In this document: positions 10,317 through 18,885 of the stretch, one piece after another
How positions within the stretch are numbered: position 1 is the stretch's first letter
Layout: every line of letters starts with the position of its first letter
DNA from: a virus
Taxonomy: Duplodnaviria; Caudoviricetes
DNA: 36,069 nucleotides
IMG/VR virus record: IMGVR_UViG_3300020044_009807
Span: 1 to 36,069 of that record
Strand: one strand, 5' to 3'
Notes under the pieces: model-generated
Seen by the model: only the letters and a program-made list of their open reading frames with translations
What the model was told of the DNA's origin: nothing
Databases searched by the model: none
Program-made: the position numbers and the translations under genes

Positions 10317-11191
10317 TGCCATTAACAACAATATACGATGATGGAACAAGGATAGTTGGTGATGCCAATGCCATAGAGCAGACTTTGCATCCAACTGTAA
10401 TGGCATACATAAACATTATGCAGTCTCCTACTGGAGGTAATTATTCTATGTCTGTAAATGAAATTGATGCAGTCAATAATATGGTTCAGGCATTAGTTTC
10501 AAATGGCATTTGGACTAAAATAAAAGCCATTTATCCGATCATTGGAACAACTGCTGCTGCTCATAAGTTTAATTTAAAAGACCCAAGAGATGCAGATGCT
10601 GCTTACAGATTATCATTTTTAGGAGGTGGATGGACACACAGTTCAAATGGGGCTACACCAAATGGCACTACAAGTTGGGCAAATACATTTCTTGTTCCTT
10701 CCACATCTCTATCTGTATCAAGTGGTCATATATCATTTTATTCAAGAATTCAAGCATTATTAGCAAGTAATATTGATATTGGTGCATCATCAGGAAGTAG
10801 TGCAGCTAATTTATGTTCAATTGGAATAGGTAGAACTTCTAATTCATCATTTTTTACTTGGGGAACACAAGTAGGTGGAACTCTTGCAAATTTGTCATCA
10901 AGTAGTTCGCAAGGTTTTTTTGTTGGAAATCAAAATGCAGCAACGGCAGCAGGGAGAAATGTATATAGAAATGCTTTAGCAGGAACGGCTGCTACAGTTT
11001 ATGGTACACCTATTTTGCCGACAGTCAGTTTTGCAATAGGCGCATTAAATGACGCAGCCCTTGGTCGAGTTAATTTTTCATCAAGACAATGTTCATTAGC
11101 TTCAATTGGAGATGGATTAACTAATATTGAAATAAATGCATTTACTACTATTGTACAAGCATATCAAACAAAATTAGGAAGACAAGTTTAA
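10316..11191 (+). CDS. Tail-fibre-associated structural protein
   Basis: 291 aa, TAATG-coupled to the fibre gene. GIWTKIKAIYP...HKFNLKDP motif followed by a beta-rich domain. Confidence 0.55.
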   Translation: MPLTTIYDDGTRIVGDANAIEQTLHPTVMAYINIMQSPTGGNYSMSVNEIDAVNNMVQALVSNGIWTKIKAIYPIIGTTAAAHKFNLKDPRDADAAYRLSFLGGGWTHSSNGATPNGTTSWANTFLVPSTSLSVSSGHISFYSRIQALLASNIDIGASSGSSAANLCSIGIGRTSNSSFFTWGTQVGGTLANLSSSSSQGFFVGNQNAATAAGRNVYRNALAGTAATVYGTPILPTVSFAIGALNDAALGRVNFSSRQCSLASIGDGLTNIEINAFTTIVQAYQTKLGRQV

Positions 11192-11195
11192 AACT

Positions 11196-11585
11196 ATGAA
11201 TCAAAAAGAATACCAGGGGTACACCCTCTATCAAATCAGTAATCATCCTACCATTTCTGAAATGGAAAGATGGGTCAGTTGGGCAGGATTAGAAATCCAA
11301 ACCGATGCAAACTATGGATTTTATATCCGTATGAAATATCGGATTTGGGCATTCATAAGTGATGTTGAGATTCCTGTTAGCATTAGTGCAGCCTATGTGA
11401 ACTTAACTGCTGACAATTCAACTTGTGTGAATTCATCAGGTCAAATAGTTGAATGTGGAACTCCTGATTCAATGGGTGAATATGATTTTTACATTGCCAT
11501 GATGAATGAGCCAGTAATCATCCTTGATTTTGTAATAAGCAAAATAACTTGGGCAGATTCTGAAGGCAGATTTAACACTTTTTAA
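11196..11585 (+). CDS. Hypothetical protein (tail region)
   Basis: 129-aa ORF tightly packed in the tail operon. Confidence 0.7.
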   Translation: MNQKEYQGYTLYQISNHPTISEMERWVSWAGLEIQTDANYGFYIRMKYRIWAFISDVEIPVSISAAYVNLTADNSTCVNSSGQIVECGTPDSMGEYDFYIAMMNEPVIILDFVISKITWADSEGRFNTF

Positions 11586-13730
11586 ATGCCTAATTCATTC
11601 TACCGATTTCAGCCTGCTTGGAATGCAGGGTTCTACCCTGACAACCAAATTACTGCCAATCTACTTAATGAATTGGCTACAACAATTGATGCTTGGTTGC
11701 CTGGGTACTTTACTGGGAAAACTATTAGTCAATTGATAGTAGGGGTCAGAGGGCAAATGGATGTCTTTAATGTTTCTCCATATTTTGGAGATTTAGTTTT
11801 AGAAACATTTTATCTGACTACTTCAGACTTTGTTATTACCATTTACAATAAGTCACTTGTTTCTACTGACAATAGTCAATCAATAGTAATTGTAGGAGTT
11901 AATGATAGTGTGACGCAGCAAGTCCTAAGTGCTACTATTAACCCATTTACACCTGGCAGTTATTCAGGAACATTTGATTTCTCATCCATTCCAGTTGAGG
12001 CAGAGGTTGATCGGGCATTGCAGATTGTTGAGCAGAATGGTTCAGCATTCTTCCCAATGACCTACTCTTATGATTCCATTACTGGCATTGCCACAAGTGG
12101 ACTTGCAAGAGGTAAGAATTGGCAGCTTGATTCTTCAGGAAATCCTACAAGGCTTCCTGACGACACATTGCCCAAGCAAAATGCAAGGACATTTAATATT
12201 ACTGCTCAAACTGCTGAGGATAGATATTGCATCAGCTTGATGGAGAAGGTTATTAACTTTAGCCTGAGTGAGACAGATGAAACCTTGATTCAAGCTTACT
12301 TCAATACATTTACTGTGCCTGATGGATGGACTGCTTCATTTACAATTGTATCAGGAACTTACACAAGGGTTTTCTGCTTGTTGTATCGTGATGACAGAAG
12401 CTTGCTAATGATTGGCAGGCTTGACACCAATTGGCTATGGCAGAGGTTTGTTAGTGATACCACTTTTGATGATTCTTACTTTAATGGATATGCATCAACG
12501 ACTCCATTGCCTTACTTGCCATTGGTAAGTTATCAGTGGCTTTATGGCGATTGGTATGACATGGAGTTTGTGGAGTTCACTGATGGATGCTATGTAAGTC
12601 CTGAGTTCTATGCAATGCCTGCAATACCAGGAGACAATTGGCAATTCAATGTGCCATCTGATGAAGGAAATCTTACTGGAGTTACTTCTGCATTGGTTGG
12701 TTTATTCAATCAAGATGGGCAATTTGTTCAGCAGATAGGGGAAGCAGGGAGGTATGAATATCAATGTTGCACTCAATATCAGGCTTATTATAGTAACAAT
12801 CTTGAAAGTGGTTGGGATGATATTCTAACACAATGCAATTTATATGCTGCTGATCCTGCAACTCATAAAATAGGAGTAATTATTTTTGATTCATCTAACC
12901 CAACTTTAAAAAGAGAGTTTTGGTATGATATAACTTCGACTTTTGCTAATAAAGATGAATTGTTAAATGCTTTAGTCACTCTAAGCGACCCCTCAAATAC
13001 ATTTACAAAAGAGACTGATGGGGTCAATTATGTATTGTTTTATGACCCAATCGGTTATCCATGCACGAATAGTGAAAACCTAAGTGTTTATATTCAGTTA
13101 TCTGAAATTCCAACTTTTCTTATTCAAGGTTGGGAAATGAATTTGACTGGAGGTTATGTAAATCAATTTACTAATGATTTTTATTCAAATGCCTTAATCC
13201 CGGCAGTCACCAATAGTTGCTACCGCCTTGGAATGTACGATGAAATAGAAGGTAACTTCTACCTCTACTCCCTAAGCAATATCATCAACATTGATGCCTC
13301 TGATTGCTTTAGCACAATGCTTGAGTTTTGGGCAAATAGCAACTCAATTGCTCAAGGCTTTGAGTACTTCAATGGTTGGAAACAAAGGATTAGGATTGGT
13401 CTTAACGGAGGAGGAGAGAAGCCAAAGATTGAGGAATCAATTTATCGGCAATCAAACGGAGTTAGCAGAAGACCTCAAAACAAACAAGATTTATCCATAG
13501 ATTTGCACACAGACTTTTTTGACCTGGAGACTCAGTTAGCGATGACCGATGCCACCCGGCATCCCTACTTAGTTTGGAATGGCCAGAATATATTTGTAAC
13601 CGGTGATATTGAGGTAGCCACCATCCAAGATTTCACCACCCAGTCCTCTTTTGAGACTTTGTCCCAGATGAAGTTTCAGGCACTCAAACAAGGCTTTCAG
13701 CCTAAGAACTCAAGTTGTTTAACTTGTTAA
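11586..13730 (+). CDS. Large structural (tail) protein
   Basis: 714-aa acidic/aromatic ORF abutting the upstream stop. Ends SSCLTC. Confidence 0.65.
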   Translation: MPNSFYRFQPAWNAGFYPDNQITANLLNELATTIDAWLPGYFTGKTISQLIVGVRGQMDVFNVSPYFGDLVLETFYLTTSDFVITIYNKSLVSTDNSQSIVIVGVNDSVTQQVLSATINPFTPGSYSGTFDFSSIPVEAEVDRALQIVEQNGSAFFPMTYSYDSITGIATSGLARGKNWQLDSSGNPTRLPDDTLPKQNARTFNITAQTAEDRYCISLMEKVINFSLSETDETLIQAYFNTFTVPDGWTASFTIVSGTYTRVFCLLYRDDRSLLMIGRLDTNWLWQRFVSDTTFDDSYFNGYASTTPLPYLPLVSYQWLYGDWYDMEFVEFTDGCYVSPEFYAMPAIPGDNWQFNVPSDEGNLTGVTSALVGLFNQDGQFVQQIGEAGRYEYQCCTQYQAYYSNNLESGWDDILTQCNLYAADPATHKIGVIIFDSSNPTLKREFWYDITSTFANKDELLNALVTLSDPSNTFTKETDGVNYVLFYDPIGYPCTNSENLSVYIQLSEIPTFLIQGWEMNLTGGYVNQFTNDFYSNALIPAVTNSCYRLGMYDEIEGNFYLYSLSNIINIDASDCFSTMLEFWANSNSIAQGFEYFNGWKQRIRIGLNGGGEKPKIEESIYRQSNGVSRRPQNKQDLSIDLHTDFFDLETQLAMTDATRHPYLVWNGQNIFVTGDIEVATIQDFTTQSSFETLSQMKFQALKQGFQPKNSSCLTC

Positions 13731-13740
13731 ATAATCAACA

Positions 13741-14625
13741 ATGTCAGTATATTCACTTACTTGCCCGACCATTGGTTGCTATCAGAACTTCCAGTGCGAT
13801 CCGGATTTCCAGAATAAAATCATTGCAGTAGCATTCGTTAAGAAATCTGCTCCTCTTTCTTCAGTAGAAAAAGCCGACCCACTTTCATGGCAGACTGCTC
13901 TTTTGCAGAGATACATGGATGGTAATGCTTATCTGGTTTTTAACACCTCTGGTGACAAGCCAAAGCCGGATACTGCTACTACCACTGGCCGTGGTATGCA
14001 GAACACTAAAGTCCTTGCTAAGACCCATACTTTGAATTATATGGATCAACAAGGAGTAGTGCAGTCAAATGTAGAATTTTACAATGACATCCTTGCTTCA
14101 TCTCAGAACTACGATTTTTACTATTTCACTCCAAATCGTATTTGGGATGCTTCAGGTTCTTATGTAACCGTTATCGGAGATCCAGTTATCACTGGGGAAC
14201 TTAACACCTACATGATGGCTGAGGTTGTGGTTAGTTGGGTTTCTAAATTCAACGCACTTCCTTACGAATTCGATACCGACCAGTATCTGGAAGGCATCTA
14301 TTATTCAATCACTCCAACATCACCGATGACCACTACTTGGTCAATCACAACTGCCGGAGGAGCCTATGCTTCTTTCACTTCCTGGATTGTAGCTTTGATT
14401 TACGGTATTGATGATGATTCAGTAATTGATTCAAATCATACTTTCTCTGCCGGTGGAAGTGCATTGACTCTTAATAATCTTGGAGTAGTCCTTGACCCAA
14501 CAACTGGGGAGCCAACTTTCACTGCCCCAGTGATAGGTGATTACACATTTGATGTGGTTGTCCAAAATGAAAGTGGATGTATCTTCGGTTCCATCCCAGT
14601 ATCAGTTTCTGTAATCGCAGATTAA
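13741..14625 (+). CDS. Probable major tail tube protein with C-terminal Ig-like extension
   Basis: 294 aa, beta-rich, N-terminal Cys, C-terminal GDYTFDVVVQN Ig-like strand pattern. Assignment inferred from composition and context. Confidence 0.5.
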   Translation: MSVYSLTCPTIGCYQNFQCDPDFQNKIIAVAFVKKSAPLSSVEKADPLSWQTALLQRYMDGNAYLVFNTSGDKPKPDTATTTGRGMQNTKVLAKTHTLNYMDQQGVVQSNVEFYNDILASSQNYDFYYFTPNRIWDASGSYVTVIGDPVITGELNTYMMAEVVVSWVSKFNALPYEFDTDQYLEGIYYSITPTSPMTTTWSITTAGGAYASFTSWIVALIYGIDDDSVIDSNHTFSAGGSALTLNNLGVVLDPTTGEPTFTAPVIGDYTFDVVVQNESGCIFGSIPVSVSVIAD

Positions 14626-14632
14626 GTTAAAA

Positions 14633-16438
14633 ATGGAGGAGTTAATCGGGATAATTGTTGAACACCTCATGGATTCCGAGATTCGTGATGGTCGTAGTGA
14701 ATACATAAAGGAGGCCAGAGAAAAGGCTCAGGTACTGGAATATCACTTCGAAAACGATTATCCCGAAAAACTGCTCCGTACTCAGCATCCAAGTGAGGAA
14801 CCTTGGATGAAGGAGTATCGCAGGAACAGATGGCAGTCTCCGACTAAAATCTGCACCGGGAGGGTCTATACCTTCCTCCAGAAGATTCAGCAATCGGATG
14901 ATTTTAAAATCAAGTTTGAATCTGATTACAGAAAAACTGGTATTGCGGAGAAGGTAACCAATCAGCCTAATACTCTGGAGTACTATGTTCGATACAACCT
15001 TCCAAAGACTTACAAACTTGAGACATGGTTATTCAATGTATTCCTAAAGACTTACCTTCAGGATGCCAATGCCGTGGTTGCAGTTCTACCAGAGTTGAAG
15101 GATTTCATCGAAGAGCCAGAGTTAAACTTGAATCTGGATTTCTCAAAGCCTTATCCACAAGTCTTCGAATCCGAGGATCTTATTTTTGAAACTGAGAACT
15201 GGACTCTGGTTGAAGTTGAGGAATGGAAGGATGTAAACAAAAAAGAGTGGAAGCAATTCTTAGCCATCACGATTGATGGTCTTATCCTATTCAGACAGAT
15301 TGCGGATTGGAGAGACCCGAATCCTTTGATTGTTTATACGATTCCATTTACCTTTCAGTACAAGCCGGTATTCAAAGTCGGCAATATTATCTGCGAAGAA
15401 GAGGATGGCCACCTGATTTATGACTCCGTTCTGGAGCCATGCCTTCCTGCGTGGAATGAAGTCCTTTTCCGGACTGATGACCTAAATGTAATGTATGCAG
15501 TTCATGCCCTTCCTCAGAAGTGGGCATTGAAGCTTAGTCCTTGTAAGACCTGCAATGGCACTGGCAATCGCATCAACAATAAGAATGAGAGTGTAGGGTG
15601 TAATGATTGCAAAGGTTCAGGTAGGGCATCCACAACTCCTTTTGGATTGATGGAAATCAACCTTGACCGTGTATCTGCAATTAATCCTACTCCTTTGGTT
15701 CCACCGGTTCCACCGGCAGGATATATCGAAAGACCGATTGATTCGGTAAGGTTGTTCCAAGAGGACATTATTTATAAGGAGTTCCAAGGCTTCAAAGCAA
15801 TTGGCCTTGAGATTCTTGGGCAGATTCCTTCAGAGCAATCAGGTATTGCCAAGCAATACGATAGAAAGGAATTGAATACCTTCTGCTATTCGGTTTGCGT
15901 TCATCTGGCGAAGGTTTACAAGTTGACTTGTTACCACATAATGTTCCAGAGGTACAACAATCTGTTTAACCTGGCACTGATGTCTGATGACAAGGTTCAG
16001 AATGCTTTACCGGATATTACCATCCCGACTGAGTTTGATGTACTCACGGCATCCATGATATCAGATCAGCTTTCGGTTGCCCGAAGGGATAACTACAATC
16101 CAATAATCATTCAGGGGATTGAGATGGATTACACCGAGAAGCTTTACGGTGAGAATTCTACTCAGTTAATCTTCATGAAGATATTGACCATGTTAGATCC
16201 ATTGCCTTTCCGGACTCCCGATGAGAAGGCATTACTGACTGAGACCAATGGTTGTACCAAGGAAGACTATGTTCTATCAGTGAATCTTCCAGCTTTCGTG
16301 AGTATCCTGAGTCAACAAGATCCTACTTGGTTCCAGAAAGATATTAATGCTCAGAGGATTGATGTGGAGATCATGGCAAGAGAGAAACTGGCCAGAATCA
16401 ATGCCGGAATTATTCCGATATTGAATACTATTGCGTAG
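14633..16438 (+). CDS. Probable portal protein with inserted DnaJ-type zinc finger
   Basis: 601 aa. EQSGIAKQYD resembles the portal SGxAxxxD motif. CKTCNGTG and CNDCKGSG repeats. No better portal candidate in the window. Confidence 0.7.
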   Translation: MEELIGIIVEHLMDSEIRDGRSEYIKEAREKAQVLEYHFENDYPEKLLRTQHPSEEPWMKEYRRNRWQSPTKICTGRVYTFLQKIQQSDDFKIKFESDYRKTGIAEKVTNQPNTLEYYVRYNLPKTYKLETWLFNVFLKTYLQDANAVVAVLPELKDFIEEPELNLNLDFSKPYPQVFESEDLIFETENWTLVEVEEWKDVNKKEWKQFLAITIDGLILFRQIADWRDPNPLIVYTIPFTFQYKPVFKVGNIICEEEDGHLIYDSVLEPCLPAWNEVLFRTDDLNVMYAVHALPQKWALKLSPCKTCNGTGNRINNKNESVGCNDCKGSGRASTTPFGLMEINLDRVSAINPTPLVPPVPPAGYIERPIDSVRLFQEDIIYKEFQGFKAIGLEILGQIPSEQSGIAKQYDRKELNTFCYSVCVHLAKVYKLTCYHIMFQRYNNLFNLALMSDDKVQNALPDITIPTEFDVLTASMISDQLSVARRDNYNPIIIQGIEMDYTEKLYGENSTQLIFMKILTMLDPLPFRTPDEKALLTETNGCTKEDYVLSVNLPAFVSILSQQDPTWFQKDINAQRIDVEIMAREKLARINAGIIPILNTIA

Positions 16439-16446
16439 TATATTTG
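16439..16446 (+). promoter_or_regulatory. Bacteroidota -7 promoter element
   Basis: TATATTTG directly after the portal stop. Confidence 0.55.
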
Positions 16447-16467
16447 TCAAACATTAAAAAAAACGAA

Positions 16468-17118
16468 ATGGCAACTTATTTACCGAATGTAGTTACTGGT
16501 CTTACGGCATATGGATATGGTGACACAAGAAATGGCTTAGTCGCTTACACTCCAATTTATGATGGATTTCCAGAATATGCAGTAAAAGTAAACAGCAGTT
16601 TCTTTGTTGAAACTGGCTCTTTATTTGTTCCGGCTTTATTTGGAGAAAAATTTGGATATAATATTACATATCTTCAGCCAGGATGGAGTTATAGGTCAAG
16701 AAATAGCATTAGACCAACCTTTGTTCCATTTAGAAAAGATTTTTTTGATTTTTATGGTGCATCTCCAGTGCCAACATTTGAAGAAGGTTTTGATAAATTA
16801 AATTTTGCAGGAGAACCTGGAGAAGAGCAAAACATTCTAAATGTTTTTAAGATAAAATCAGCAGGATTTTTAAGTTATTCTGCAAGAACTTTATATCAAT
16901 CTCCCAAAGATTTAATGGTTTCGGCTAATGGTCAATTTACTTTGCAATACATTGCCTATCCTTGGCCAGAGGCTACTTCTGCTTGGCCAATCAATAATTT
17001 TGATGGTATGCAGATAGGTACTATGATTAAATTTTTTACCGAAGATCAATATTCAATTATTACATTCGAGCCTATTGAGGAGATAAGAAAATTATTAAAT
17101 TTAGTGCCTACCCCTTAA
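16468..17118 (+). CDS. Hypothetical protein (AT-rich, moron-like)
   Basis: ATG at 16468 after an A-rich leader is preferred to TTG 16444, which overlaps the promoter. Has its own promoter and terminator. Confidence 0.7.
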   Translation: MATYLPNVVTGLTAYGYGDTRNGLVAYTPIYDGFPEYAVKVNSSFFVETGSLFVPALFGEKFGYNITYLQPGWSYRSRNSIRPTFVPFRKDFFDFYGASPVPTFEEGFDKLNFAGEPGEEQNILNVFKIKSAGFLSYSARTLYQSPKDLMVSANGQFTLQYIAYPWPEATSAWPINNFDGMQIGTMIKFFTEDQYSIITFEPIEEIRKLLNLVPTP

Positions 17119-17140
17119 TAGGTTGTAAAATCAACCGTAT

Positions 17141-17170
17141 AAAAAGAAAGGGCCATAAGGCCCTTCTTTA
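17141..17170. terminator. Bidirectional intrinsic terminator
   Basis: AAGGGCC-ATAA-GGCCCTT with A-rich left and T-rich right flanks, between convergent genes. Confidence 0.75.
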
Positions 17171-17171
17171 T

Positions 17172-17477
17172 TTAGTCATCTTTCCTAAAGAATAATGAGG
17201 CAATGAATGCCCCAATTGCCCCACACAAGGCAGCAATGGTTCTCCAGACTGACTTAGAAGCTTTAGCATCTACCTTTATTGATTCCAGGTCTTTGATGTG
17301 GCCTTTGTAGTATTCGATATCTTTTTCCAAGTCCTTGACTCTTCTGAGCAATTCTTTGTTCAGGTCCATAAGTTCTAATATCTCCTGCTCGTTTATACGG
17401 AGTACTCCTTCCAGTTGTTCTTTGGAATAACCCATTATGGCATCCATGTCAAAGGATAATGACTTTCTCATTTGCAA
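17172..17477 (-). CDS. Coiled-coil protein with C-terminal transmembrane helix
   Basis: Heptad-like core, then VWRTIAALCGAIGAFIASLFF. Start codon uncertain. Confidence 0.7.
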   Translation of the reverse strand: MQMRKSLSFDMDAIMGYSKEQLEGVLRINEQEILELMDLNKELLRRVKDLEKDIEYYKGHIKDLESIKVDAKASKSVWRTIAALCGAIGAFIASLFFRKDD

Positions 17478-17707
17478 TCAACAGTTAAGACCTTTGTGAC
17501 TAATGTATCTTTAAGAATGAATCTCTGCACATTGACCTGGTTGCCTATCCACTCGTTATTATTCCCGCAGGAATAGTAACTGCTTGAAGTGGTCTTAGGG
17601 TATCCAGTTCTGGCAGGATAATAATCCTCTGATAGCATCTGTGTACAGACTTGGCATCCATATTTTTTGCAGGAAACAAATAGAATAGTAATCAAGAACC
17701 ATTTCAT
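17468..17707 (-). CDS. Small Cys-rich lipoprotein
   Basis: MKWFLITILFVS-C signal and lipobox, followed by CQVC and two more Cys. Confidence 0.7.
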   Translation of the reverse strand: MKWFLITILFVSCKKYGCQVCTQMLSEDYYPARTGYPKTTSSSYYSCGNNNEWIGNQVNVQRFILKDTLVTKVLTVDCK

Positions 17708-17736
17708 TTAACAAAGATAGGTTCTCCATTGGTAGA

Positions 17737-17925
17737 TTATCCTAAAATCCCAAGGTCAATAAGTTGCTGAATTGTAAAGTGAGGCATTGCAATGTTTGCA
17801 ATCCTGACCTTTACATCTTGGACATCCTCGGCTTCCTGGAAGTCTAAGAACTGGCGAACATCGAATCCATTGTCTTCCTCTTCTTGAGAAACAATTACTT
17901 GCAATAGCACTTCGTATACTGGCAT
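17737..17925 (-). CDS. Small acidic hypothetical protein
   Basis: ATG at 17925 preferred because the TTG at 17952 lies within the promoter element. Confidence 0.6.
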   Translation of the reverse strand: MPVYEVLLQVIVSQEEEDNGFDVRQFLDFQEAEDVQDVKVRIANIAMPHFTIQQLIDLGILG

Positions 17926-17949
17926 AATCTTTATTGGTTTTGTGTCCTG

Positions 17950-17982
17950 CAAATCTAATAGAATGATTTTATTATCTGCAAG
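17950..17982 (-). promoter_or_regulatory. Bacteroidota promoter (CTTG-N21-TAGATTTG)
   Basis: CAAATCTA on the + strand at 17950-17957. Near-copy of the element at 20642-20674. Confidence 0.65.
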
Positions 17983-18003
17983 TATTTGTTAAAAAATTAA
18001 TTT

Positions 18004-18011
18004 TACCTTTG
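18004..18011 (+). promoter_or_regulatory. Bacteroidota -7 promoter element
   Basis: TACCTTTG, 4 nt before ATG 18016. Confidence 0.65.
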
Positions 18012-18015
18012 GCTT

Positions 18016-18885
18016 ATGTCCCAGAGAAGTCAGGATAAGATCATAAAAAAGATTCAGGCTCTGCAAGCTTCATTAGAAAAGCAGATGGCTGATGCATTGC
18101 CAGAAGTATTCAGCCAACTCTCAGATCAAGTAATTGACATTGTTTCGGGGCTAAGTCTGGACCCCAAGAAAAGGTCAGAATCGCTCCGTGACATCATTGT
18201 TTTAAAAAGACAGATTGGAGATGCTCTGGTATCAAACCAACTCTACCAAGGCTCTGTGAGTGCCTTACTGGAAGGGTATAAAGAACTGGCATTACTATCC
18301 GATGATTTTATGGGAGAAGTCCTGGATAACTACACCCGGAAGTTGGATTTGTACGATGCCATCCTGAAGACAAACATTGACATTACTAAAAACAATCTTC
18401 TGGGAGCCGGTATAAAGGATAACTTTTCAAATGCTATCCGAGAGGTCCTAAAGGCAAACATATCCGGAGTGGGGAATAAGGCCGAACTGAGAAAGACTTT
18501 GACCCAGTTTATAGAAGGAACTCCAACTGAGAAGGCATTCCTTGAGAGATACATTACCCAGGTCACCAACGATTCCGTAATGACTTTCAATCGGGAATAC
18601 CTCCAGACTATTTCTGAGGATTTGGATGTACAATTTTACCGGTACTCTGGGACAATCATTGGAGACACCAGAGCATTCTGTGCAGCGAGAGCCGGAAGGA
18701 TCTTCAAAAAGCCTGATGTAGAAAAATGGCCTGACTTGGGTCAGTGGCAAGGAAGGATGCCAGGGACCAACAAGCAGACCATTTTCTCTTATTGTGGTGG
18801 ATATAACTGTCGGCATCAACTCTGGCCGACCTCAGAACTCCAATACCAGAAAGGCGAGGAGGCAGGGATTACTGGTCTGCGATAA
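18016..18885 (+). CDS. MuF-like head morphogenesis / minor capsid protein
   Basis: Helical N-terminus, then YRYSG...DTRAFC and GGYNCRH motifs typical of the MuF/SPP1 gp7 C-terminal region. Confidence 0.8.
   Translation: MSQRSQDKIIKKIQALQASLEKQMADALPEVFSQLSDQVIDIVSGLSLDPKKRSESLRDIIVLKRQIGDALVSNQLYQGSVSALLEGYKELALLSDDFMGEVLDNYTRKLDLYDAILKTNIDITKNNLLGAGIKDNFSNAIREVLKANISGVGNKAELRKTLTQFIEGTPTEKAFLERYITQVTNDSVMTFNREYLQTISEDLDVQFYRYSGTIIGDTRAFCAARAGRIFKKPDVEKWPDLGQWQGRMPGTNKQTIFSYCGGYNCRHQLWPTSELQYQKGEEAGITGLR

Noticed and set aside
8157-11191. Possible diversity-generating retroelement target in the fibre genes
   Set aside because: No reverse transcriptase and no template/variable repeat pair noticed in the window.
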